Positions 53,310 to 64,000 of a stretch of 64,000 nt of DNA are shown here, one piece after another. A program made the translations under genes and the position numbers. Source of the DNA: Ginglymostoma cirratum (lineage: Eukaryota); contig JAHRHZ010000085.1 of the NCBI GenBank assembly GCA_024137785.1, positions 2,108,279-2,172,278 of the forward strand, given 5' to 3'. Numbering within the stretch: position 1 is the stretch's first letter; each line of letters begins with the position of its first letter. The notes under the pieces were generated by a model. It was not told the origin of the DNA. It ran no database searches and saw only the letters and a program-made list of their open reading frames with translations.

Positions 53310-54535
53310 TTTTTTACTTATTCACCTGTGAGATGTGGACATTGCTGGCTGGCCAGCATTTATTACTGTTCTGTGGTTGCTCTTAATCAGGTGTTAATGA
53401 GCTGCCTTCTTGAACCAGTGCAGTCTCTGTGCTGCAGGCTGACCCAAAATTCCCTCGGTGAGGGAAATCCAGGATTTCGATCCAATGACAGTGAAGAAAT
53501 TGTGACATGTTTCCCAGTCAGGATTGTGAGTGGCTTGGAGGGGAACTTGCAGTTGGTGGTGTTCCCATATACCTGCTGCCCTTGTCCTGCAAGATGGAAG
53601 TGATCATGAGTTTAGAAGGTACTGTCTGAGGATATTTGGTGAATTTCTGCATTGCACCTTGTCGACAGTACACACCGCTACAACAGTGTGCCTGTGCTAG
53701 AGAGAATGGATGCTTGTGGATATGGTGCCAATGAAGTGGGCTGCTTTGTATTGGATGGTATAAAGCTTCTTGAGTGTCTCTAAAGCTACACCTTTCCAGG
53801 CAACTGGGGAGTATCCCATCAAACTCCTGACTTATGCCTTGTAATTGCTGGATGGACCTTGGAGAATAAGAGGTGAGTTACTCACAGCTGTATTCCAAGC
53901 ATCTGACTTGCTTTTGTAGCAATTGTGTTTATGTGGCAAGTCCAGCTGAGTTTCCGGTCAATGGTAACAACAATGAAGTTGATAGTAGGGTTGGGGAGAG
54001 GGTTCAGTGATGATAATGCCATTGAATGTGAAGGGTTTATGGTTAGAATTTTTCTTGTTGTAGATTGTCATTTCCTGGCATTTGTGTGGCGCAAGGGTTA
54101 CTTTCCATTTGTCAGCCCAAGCCTGGATGTTGTCCAGATCTTGTTGCATTTGAACATGGACTGCTTCAATATTTGAGGAGTTGTGCATGGAGGCTGAACA
54201 ATTTGCAATCAATGGCAAATGTGCTCACTAGTGGGCTTATGATGGAGGGATGTTCATTGGTGAAGCAGCTGAAGATGGTTGGTCCTAGGATACTACCCTG
54301 AGGAATGTCTGATAAGATGCCCTGGAGCTGAGATGATTGACCTCCAGCAACTACAACCATCTTCCTATTTGCTGTGTAGCAGAGAGTTTGCACCCTGATA
54401 CCTATTGATTCCAATATTGCTGGAGCACCTTGATGCTATACTCAGTCGAATGTGGTCTTGGTGTCATGCACTGTCACTGTCATCTCACCACTGGAATGCA
54501 GCTCTCTTATCCATGTTTGAAACAAGGCTATAATC
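53310..54535 (-). mobile_element. Second-family LINE RT and 3' end
   Basis: IPQGSILGPTIFSCF...TFAID and QQDLDNIQAWADKWKVTLAPHKCQ. Confidence 0.88.
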
Positions 54536-55884
54536 ATTTTCCAGCACGTGGTCCATTTTTGATTGGTTGTACCCATTAAATGGTCTTCTCTTCAAAAATA
54601 TCATATTATTAAATCTTCTATTGCAAAAATATACCCTGCATTAGAAAGTGATATCAAAACTATGTGCAGTGTTAAAATTGAGATCTTGTCAAAACCCTTT
54701 TGTACTTGCATGAGTTATTCATTTGCTTCACGCATTTAGCAACTTTTAATAAAGAGTAAAACACAGCCTTTGCATTTACAGATTCATTTTCAGAAGGTGT
54801 GTAACTGGGTCAAAAAATAGGATTTTTCAAATGCCCTTTTATACATTCCTGCAATGATGAATACTGCTGCTTCGAAAGTAAAACAATGCATTATCAGAGT
54901 TTGAATTGGTGAAATTGTATCTGCAGCGATAAATGACTGAATAGTCAGGATTCTTCTATTAGCTCAGTAAGAGTGCAGAGTCCAGAATACGAAGTATTTG
55001 ATACTATTGAGATTGGAAGAAGATATGACAAAAGGACATGCTTATCAATACCTAACTGTGATATGAGGTAAACATGGTCTGGGATAGATTAAGGGTGCAT
55101 GATGTGTGAAGAGAGATTGGCATGTTGCTGCAGTCATTATGATGATCTCGGCTGAGGTCTTTTTTTTAACCAGATAAATCAGATCTCAGTTAGGAATCTG
55201 GCTTGATAGATCATAGTTTTATTTGTTTGGTTTTAACGAAGTGCCATCTCACAGAAAGAAAAGCACACTATACTAAAGATTTTGCTTTATCAACAAACTA
55301 AGTGCATTACAAAAGAACAAAGAACAAATAGAAAAATCAAAACTATCAATTTGCAATACAAATTAAAAGATTTTAAGCACACAGTAAAATGTATAATCCA
55401 ATTAATCACAAAACACCCCTTCATAAATGAGTAAGAAAGAAATTAACATGTGAGTAGTACCCAAAACAAAATCCCAGTGTGGTTGCCAACATTACATCCA
55501 TATAATACAACGCAAATTATCTGTATCTAATGTCTTGGTAGGTTTAAACCATTGACATGACAAATTGTAGGCTGGAACTGTGATAACCACTTCCTGGAGC
55601 TAACGCACACCTGAACTTCTCTGAACTTACGTTAACTCGGATTTTTTGGTTATCCCATCACTTCTGTTTTTGGACTAACACGAACTCTACACTTCAATGT
55701 AATCTAATTCACTATATCTATCGGTCTCTGCTTCACGTTAAGTCTATCCTTTTCCAAGAACTTCACAGGACTTCGCTACTCAAAGGCTCTCTCTTAGTAA
55801 TGATACATTTCCCTTAATAGTAAACAAAACAACTTCCAATACTCTCTGACAATCGCTTGATACCTCACAGGTGGTTTTGGAATC

Positions 55885-56375
55885 CTGTGTTCAATTTAAA
55901 AGGATATTGCCAGGGTTGCAGGGTTTGAGCTATAGGGAGAGGCTGAATAGGCTGCAGCTATTTTTCCTGGAATATCAGAGGCTGAAGGGTGACCTTATAG
56001 AGGTTTATGAAATCATGAGGGCCATAGATAGGGGCAATAACCAATGTCTTTTTCCCAGGGTAGGGGAGTCCAAAACTAGAGGACGTAGGATCAAGGTGAG
56101 AGGTGAAAGACTTGAAAAGGAAATTTAGGGACAATGTTTCCACACAGACAGTGGTGCATGTATCGAATGAGCTGCCACAGGAAGTGATGGATGCTGGAAC
56201 AATTACAATATTGAAAAGGCGTCCGGATGGGCACATGAATAGGAAGGGTTTGGAGGGATATGACACAAATGCTCGCAAATGGGACTAGGTTAATTCAGGG
56301 TATCTGATTAACATGGGCGAGTTGGACTGAAGGGTCAGTTTTCATGCTGTACAGCTCTATGAATCTATGACTCTG
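55885..56375 (+). mobile_element. CR1 3' fragment
   Basis: LPGLQGLSYRERLNRL...RLKGDLIEVY; CTCTATGAATCTATGACTCT tail. Confidence 0.88.
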
Positions 56376-57890
56376 ATACTAACCTTTCTAGTTTGCAAGG
56401 AATGCATGAGAAAGGAAAGACCATGAGTGCATAGAATCTATTCAGCCCATAGACATGTTTTGTAACTTGTTTTAGAAAAGCGATTGTCATGGTAAAAATA
56501 AATAGTTTAATGTCAATTAAGAACTTCAGATATAGAATAAAACAAAAGTCAGTTACTTGCACAACATCATTAACTTAAGCTCACTCTAAACGTCATACAT
56601 GTGTGAATACCATAGGGAAAGTGTTGGATAGAATGTGCAATAAGTTGAGTGGAGACATATACCTGCTTTAGTTGCCCTAATAATATAAAGCTTGACATTT
56701 AGGGATTTTTTCGCACTGAAACAACCAACAGAACATTTCTCAAATTATGACTTACACTCGTATGAAACTGAAGTAACTGCAGGAGTGCAGAAATGTGAAT
56801 GAAAATGAAGATTATAGACATTAAACGATCTTGACTTGTCAAGGTGTTTGTTTCTGAGATGCTGCAAGTGGCTTTGCAGGGAGGTGTTTTGTTGAAAAGT
56901 ATTGGCAGCCAAACAAGTAGGTTATCAAGTTTGAAACATTGGTATGGACATGGGATGGATAGAGCACTACTATTTGTAAGCTGAACTTTAAGAGTCATGT
57001 TCAAGTAGAAAATATTGACAATTAATGACTTTTGTAATAATATATTGGGATCATTAATACCCATTACAGAAGGAAATGTGTGATCCTTACTAGCCTCGCC
57101 CTCCATGTCACTCAAGATCCAATGTCATGTGGTTGACTCTTCATGGTTGCCTAAAAAACTCCTCACAAATTAGAATGCAATTAGGAGTGGGCAAAAATGC
57201 TGGCCCAGCCAGTGATATGCACATCCTGTGAGCAAATTATAACAAAGTATTCTAGCCAGTTATCACTTGGGTCTATTTAGCTTCACAAAAGTAAAAAGAA
57301 AGGCATTCACACTTTTGTAGACCATGGCTGGAGTGGAATGGTATAGACAGGACTGATAAATCAGAATGATTACTTAAATGATAGTGGATCAAACAACCAA
57401 TTCAAACAATAAAAACAAAAAAAATGAACAAAATAAGAAGAACATAACAATGAAAAACTTGCTGGCACAGTAAGAACCATCCTACACTGAAAGAAACAAC
57501 AAAAAGAAATGAAAATATCAGTATCTTTCGTGATGTAACTAACGGTGAAATGGTGAGAAAAATCTGATGGTCTCGGACTTTTTTGAAAGCTATTAGAAAA
57601 CAATGATACTTACTTGTTTTGCGAAACATAGTGGAGAGTTCAATAGAATGATGAGTTTAAAGTCTAGAATGAAGCCAGTTGCTGTCTCAAGTGATACACG
57701 TCAAGCAAGTTTAGAGGCAAAACAGAGTTGGTTCATGAGTCATTAAAGGAAGACAAAAAGTCACCGACTATTTTTTGAAAGAATTGAAAGAACACATTTT
57801 TGCTTCAAATTTCAGAAAAAACCAAGGATTTTCCAATATTATCCAGAAACCAAATGATTGTAATTAAGAAAATAATTACTGTATTCAAAT

Positions 57891-60813
57891 TTATGAACAG
57901 AAATGTACCTCTGCAAATATTGTTCTTTCATCCTGGGTCCTGGGAATTTTTGCATCATTTGAGTGCGTCATTTCAAGATCAGCATTTGTTAATGTATCTT
58001 CAGCCGTCTCTTAGTCAAGGGTTAACATTCATTAATTTACATTTTCTGGAGTCAAGAATCAATGTTTCATATAATCAATGACTATTATTTTGTCTCCTTG
58101 AGTTTGCTAGCACTCTGTTACATTCTTAATTGTTGGAAGCTTCTGTTTCCAATTTCCTTCTCGCCACGAGACAAAAATGAAGGCTGACTCATTATCTGAT
58201 GGAACCGTGTTCACAAACTATGAAACTTTATGGGTATGTTAAAATTTAGAAGAGGAACACTGCAAAATTCATTTTCCTGAGCACAAAATGATCGATTAAT
58301 TCAACATTAATAATTTTCAACATTCGTACAGAAATTATTCAAGATTACATCCTTTTACAAATAGCTGATGCTGTGTACTTTTTGCTCTAGATCTAGATGG
58401 ATTTGATCTGAATTTCCTTTACAAAGATAAATAAAGTCACTTAAATGCATGTCTCTTCATTTGGAAATAAAAGTACAATTCAAACTATGTGTAATGACTA
58501 AACCTCTACTCCATTGTTGGTTGTCTGGTGCATTAATTGGTTAGTAACTGACATCTGCCATACTTTTGCCTAATGCTGAAATTAATAAGTGAATTATACT
58601 CATAGAAGCAATTGTTTATCGGTAAGTTCAATAGTAATGAAATAATTAGATCTCAGTAATTGTTTCAATTGCACCATCTGAATGTTAATAAATGGGGCGG
58701 TGAAGATTTTTAGTGAAGCAGCTCACGCAATCCAATTCCATTGAATTTTTAAAGTACACAAGATGTCATACAGTATTTTTCAGAAAATTGTATATTTCAA
58801 TCTGAGGATTTTTTGTTAAGATAGAAACAAGAGACAACAGATTAATTAGGAGCCTGGAAACAGAGAGAGCAATGAAATAATTTAACAGTTACCCAATGAT
58901 GTTCCTTCAAATCAGTGAACAAAATATAAAATATCAATTTTGTTTTAAATACATATGCTTTCAGACATTTTATGCAATATTGCTTTATCACAGGGAATAC
59001 GTTATTCTCTTCAGATCTGCATGTCTGCACTTGAGTCATTGAAATATCGGTGAAATTTCAGAACCTGACAAGACCAGGGGAAATGAAGGGAAGCATTCGC
59101 AAAGCTTAGAATTATTTTAAAGAAGACAAATTCAAGGGCAAGGTGTGGAGCTGGATGATCACAGCAGGCCAAGCAGCATCATAGGAGCAGGAAAGCTTGA
59201 CATTTCGGGCCTAGACCTTTCATCAGAAAATGATTTTCTGATGAAGGGTCTGGGCCCGAAACGTCAAGCTTTCCTGCTCCTATGATGCTGCTTGGCCTGC
59301 TGTATTCATTCACCTCCACACCTTGTTATCGCGGATACTCCAGCATCTGCAGTACTTATGATCTCAAATTCAAGGGCAGTCTACTCACTGTATATAACAC
59401 TGAGAAAAAGGTATATGATTAAAAACAAATAAATAGAGATGAATGGCTATTGTATAATTGACTTTACAAACACATCATGGCAGGATGATCGGGAGAAATC
59501 ATTACTCAATAATATTCAATGACATTTTGGATGGACAAAGGAAAAGAAGACATATTAATATTACATTCATAGTAATGGATGGGATCTGCTCTCAGTCAAG
59601 AAGGATCACAGATCGGAATAAAAAAGTCAGGAAATTTCTATGCTGCAGCTAAGCAACAGCAAGCAGGGGGAAACATTAGTCATTGCTTATAAGCCACAAA
59701 CACTGGTAGTAAAGCGAGGCATAGACTAAATGTGAAAAAAGGTTATTGAAGTATAGCACATAGCTTTTGCAATAATCATGGCTAGATTCAATCTTGATAT
59801 AGGCATGGCAAATTAATGAGCACTAAAGCTGTGAAGAATGAGTTTCAGACTGTGTTAGGGATACTTTTCTAGAGCAGTTATGTTAAGGAACAGACTAGAG
59901 AACTGTGTCCATCTGCCAAAATGTGACAAAAAATAATCCATTCCTGATGATGTTATAAGGGAACCTAGAAGCATGAATAACCATACAATGATGAAATTAC
60001 TCATGACAAGTTTCATACTTATCAGTGTTTGTAATACTTCCAATAATTTCCTTCTTGATGTTTGTTTCATATTAAAGGCTAAGTCGTACTTTTTGTCATG
60101 AAAATAAAACCTTTTAACTTCAGCCAAATAGTTTAAACAAGATTATTTTGATTGAAAAGTCTGAGTCATTCAGATGAATCTCAAAGCAAATGGCAAAAGG
60201 CCTTACCGCATCTGTGTGTTGAGTAGGATTTCTTGTTTTTTCCTTTGAACCTGGTGACAATAAATATGGCATGAATTGTCAAGAGAGGTGTAATGCTTGC
60301 ATTCATCACTAAGCCAACAAAATTCAACGCACTTCACACAGACACAAGGTATAATAGACTAATTGGATTGAGAATGTAAATCAAAATGTTGAACGTATGA
60401 ACACATATTTAGTTATGTCTTGAAGCTGTGGAAATATTTCTTCATCATTGAAATTCATCAGATTACTTTCAGATCTGAAAAGATCGGATTTAGCATTCTA
60501 AAGCTATGAACATTAACATGTAATGCTCGTGCCGAAGTGACACAAATGCTTGCAAGTAGTTTCACATCATATATTTATTTTAACTGGATGTGTCAGATTT
60601 CATTACCCAATTATGTGAATTCAATTCAGATAGTTTAATCAATACTTGTATGGAAGTTATTTCATTTAGTATGTATATTCCTATTCATACATTTAGATAT
60701 AATGAATAGAAGACACTTCACAATCATCACTATCAAATGGTGCTTGTCATAATAGAATTGCAAGTGCCCTGGACATCCAGCAACAACAGCAACATTGATT
60801 TTAGAGGCAAAAT
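57891..60813 (-). pseudogene. 3' half of a third paralogue (TM exon 60813-60691, linker exon 60250-60207, tail exon ~58009-57891), probably degenerate
   Basis: Minus strand. TAG|ATTTT..: FASKINVAVVAGC...LIVMIVKCLL..SK|GTATGA (123 nt, phase 1-1). CAG|GT-SKEKTRNPTQHTDA|GTAAGG (phase 1-0). Tail (E)TAEDTLTNADLEMTHSNDAKIPRTQDERTIFAEVHFCS* aligns with exon 6 of the intact gene. Exon order and phases match, and the TM-linker intron is similar in size (440 vs 378 bp). Confidence 0.78.
59141..59364. mobile_element. Back-to-back inverted Penelope terminal repeats (two hammerhead cores) with 14-bp TSD
   Basis: Near-perfect hairpin centred at ~59232; CAAATTCAAGGGCA at 59127-59140 and 59365-59378. Confidence 0.9.
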
Positions 60814-61349
60814 CTATTAGATGAACATAAAATTAAAATTGGGAATTGTATTGGAAACCAGAGACATATACATTTAAATACCACATGCTTCATTTCCCAT
60901 TAAACTGCTTTGATAATATTCTACTACTGAACATGAAATCTCACATGTCAATTTCTCCAGTCAGCTTTCCTTTAAGCAATTGGATACAAAGAGGGCAAAT
61001 CATGGGAATTTGGAGAAATAAAAGTAGATGAAGGAACAAAGACAATTAATGTATCCAACACCGGCAGGACTCAATTAACAAAGAGTTCGGATCAGATAGC
61101 AGTACTAATAGGGCAACATTCTCTGAGATTCACTTTGGAGCACAAATTAATTGACACTTTTCAAAAAAAGTCTTTCTCCATGTCCAACCAATATAACTGA
61201 CGAGGGAAGGCAATCACACACTTGTCATTCACTGCTCTAATAATGAAGAACTCCAAGTTCTTGGTTCATGGATTTTTATGTCATCAGGAAAGATGGTGAA
61301 ATTTGAATTCAAGGAAAACCTCAAATAGTGTTTATCATAAACTCATCGG

Positions 61350-61856
61350 GCTGCTTGTTATAGGAAAGATGTTGATAAATTTGAAAGGGTTCAGAAAAGA
61401 TTTACAAGTCTGTTGCCAGGGCTGCAGGATTTTAGCTACAGGGAGAGGCTGAACAAGCTGGGGTTATTTTATCTGGAACCTCAGAGGCTGAGTGGTGACC
61501 TTATATATGTTTGTAATATCATGAGGGGCATAGATAGGATGAATAGTCAAGGTATTTTCCTCAGGGTGGGAGAGTCCTAAACTAGAGGGCATTGGTTTAA
61601 AGAGAGAGGGGAAACATTTTAAAGGGACCTAAAGGGTCATGTTGTCACGCAGAGGGTGGTGCATGTATGGAATGAACTGTGGTGGAAGATGGCACAATTA
61701 CAACATTTGAAAGGCATCTGGATGAGTAGATGAATAGAAATAGTTTTGAGTGATACATGCTAGCAATGGGACTAGATTAATTTAGGACATCTAGTCAGCA
61801 TGGACAAGTTGGACTGAAAAAAAATTGTTTTTGTGCTGTACATTTCTAAGACTCTG
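61350..61856 (+). mobile_element. CR1 3' fragment nested in a decayed SINE
   Basis: Homologous to 55885-56375. Confidence 0.8.
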
Positions 61857-62599
61857 TCATCAAGTCCTTTTGGAATTAATTCTGCCATTATTAACTTCTC
61901 CACATGTGACTCACTGCATATTGGATGATCGTTAACTTTCCTTTTGGCGAAACGAATACAGAGTAAATGTTCTCCCAGAAAACAATACTCTCAATGAAAT
62001 CACAAGATCTACCAAACGCTGTTGAATGTTATGATGAATAGGGAATTTCACCTTGACTAGATCGCATCCTGAATACGTGAAGATATTCAATGGTCTTTGG
62101 AAGAAGTAACAAGACAGGGATAATCAACGAACGGCAAGACACTAGGAAACTTAGAGGAACGGGAAGGTCTTGGACTTCTGTACACGGATCCCTGAAGGTG
62201 GCAGGGAGGTTCAACAGGTGGTTAAGAAGGCATACAGGGCATGTGATTCTATCAGGAATAATATAGATCTACAACCAACGACGCTACGTTACAGGACTTT
62301 GGTTAGGCCACAGCTGGAGCACTGTGTGCATTTCTGGTCGCCACATTATAGTAAGGTGCAGTGTTGAGTTTAAAGTTATCGCCAAAACAGATCATTACAG
62401 TTAACCGTTAAGGGTTAATTGGACGTGATAATGTGCAATTGAAGACAAGTGGCAAATCACAAGGACACGGCCAAACAGCTTGTTTTGGCTAGGAGGGAAA
62501 TAACATTGAGCATTTAAATACAGCCACCTTGGAAGCGTTTTTCATTTTTTTTTGTCAGAAGTCACAGGACACTAGGTTATAGTTCAACAGGTTTTTTTT

Positions 62600-64000
62600 T
62601 GAAATCATAGTTCAGTGTGTTAGGTTGGCTAGAGCTGGGGAAAGGGATTAGGAGCAGAATCCCAAGGGATTACTCTGTGCCATGAAGGGGAAGTAGGTTT
62701 CCCAAAGCAAACCAAGGACTTCACTCGCATGGGGTGGATCCTGCTGAGCGGCCTCCCGTATGCTGCCTCGGGACGTGCGAGATTTAAACGGCGAACGGGA
62801 CATTGACGCTGCGCTGAAGGAGGCGGCTTAGACTGGTCAGGAAAGAGCAGATAAAGCTGAAGAGAAGCAGACCAGTACAGCCTGCAAATTGGCCACAGTC
62901 CTGCACAAAAAGTGGGCGAGCCGGATAAAAGAAATGAGAAGGAAGTCCAGCTAAAGTGCACTTTTTATTCACTTCAGCTGATCGGGTCTCCGATCACTGG
63001 GACTGACTTTTTTTCCGATTTGGAGTACGAGGGGACTGATGGGGAAGGAGTCCCTAACGGTGATAATGTGCCCGTTAGCGCGCCCTTTAGTAACTACTAC
63101 AGAAGGGGCACGGCCAGCAGGCCCTACAGCATGCTCGCATTGTGCGAGATTACCCACTGACAGAATTGCAGGATTTGGGAAAATAATACTCTCTCAGAAA
63201 GCAGGGCACTGGGAGCTTGGATAACTCGGCTATGGGGCTCCATGGCGTATTATGTTTCTCTCAATCACGTGGAGCTACCGAATATGGGAGGGTTGTTTAC
63301 AGTTGAATGCCACACATAGGCCCCCTTAGGGCCCTTGGACAAGGAACATTAGCTGCATGGACACGTGTGACAGTGAGAACTAAGTAGCTGGACACCATGG
63401 AATGGGAGCAGGAAGCTGTCCCGTGGTGTACAATATCACAGGGAAGTGCTTGATTGAGAGAGATAGTAGGAACTGCAGATGCTGGAGAAACTGAGATAAC
63501 AAGGTGTAGAGCTGGATGAGCACAGCAGGCCAAGCATCATCAGAAGAGCCGGAAGGCTGACGTTTCGGGCCTAGACCCTTCTTCATAGATGGGAGAGGGG
63601 AAGGGGTTTCTGAAATCAAATGCCTGATTGGGAGAACTAGCTGCTCAAACAGGACTGTACACTAACAATTTCCAGGGACTGGACCAATAAGCTTTCACAA
63701 CCCGAATGAGAATCCAGCTCATGCACAATGGACGAACGCATCTCAGAGGGATGCTGTTGGCAATGTTGGGGCCAGCTCAGGGCAGACCAGTCGGTGAAGT
63801 TGTAATGTTGTTTGGACAGTTAGTGGATGCGGAAGTGCGCCAAGCTCATGCAGGAGAGCGGTAACAAGGGAGACCCAGGAAAGAACCGGAAGCGAATGAA
63901 AAAAAATAGCAAAATGAGATGCTTGCTGCTTTATGGGAAACAGGCACAGAAAGGGCTGAAATAGACAGAAAATGAATGCATGGTATCACCACCAGTGTTA
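62600..64000. mobile_element. Unclassified GC-richer segment, possibly LTR/ERV-derived, with an inserted Penelope terminal repeat (63460-63618, -)
   Basis: Abrupt compositional change and broken ORFs; only the Penelope insert is firmly recognisable. Confidence 0.35.

Noticed and set aside
57488-57614. Intron-like GTAAGT...TTTCAG on the - strand
   Set aside because: It lies downstream of the copy 3 stop with no coding continuity; at most a 3' UTR intron, and unsupported.
58171-58233. Possible + strand exon TKMKADSLSDGTVFTNYETLW with a YxxL motif and GTATGT donor
   Set aside because: Weak GAG acceptor, no linked TM exon found, and it lies antisense within the copy 3 intron; probably chance.

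Overview
Repeat-rich vertebrate genomic DNA. The repeat repertoire (CR1 LINEs, HE1/V-type and Deu-type tRNA SINEs, Penelope-like elements) suggests a cartilaginous fish, probably a shark; this is an inference. The ORF track shows only fragments of the main signal, which is a small cluster of NON-REARRANGING antigen-receptor-like IgSF genes. Copy 1 is an intact six-exon + strand gene (7563-23515, 327 aa). It encodes a leader, a germline-joined VJ domain, a C1-set domain, an uncharged TM and a tail with ITIM + ITSM, and all splice phases are compatible. Copy 2 is a + strand pseudogene paralogue (leader/VJ/C1 exons at 38026-39513). Copy 3 is the 3' half of a convergent - strand paralogue (TM, linker and tail exons at 60813-57891), in which both signalling tyrosines are replaced (LTNADL, TIFAEV). 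The rest of the window is transposon-derived. It includes many Penelope terminal repeats with minimal hammerhead-ribozyme cores (some as back-to-back palindromes with target-site duplications), a young CR1, solo LTRs, a 1.5-kb polypyrimidine tract and a 401-N assembly gap.
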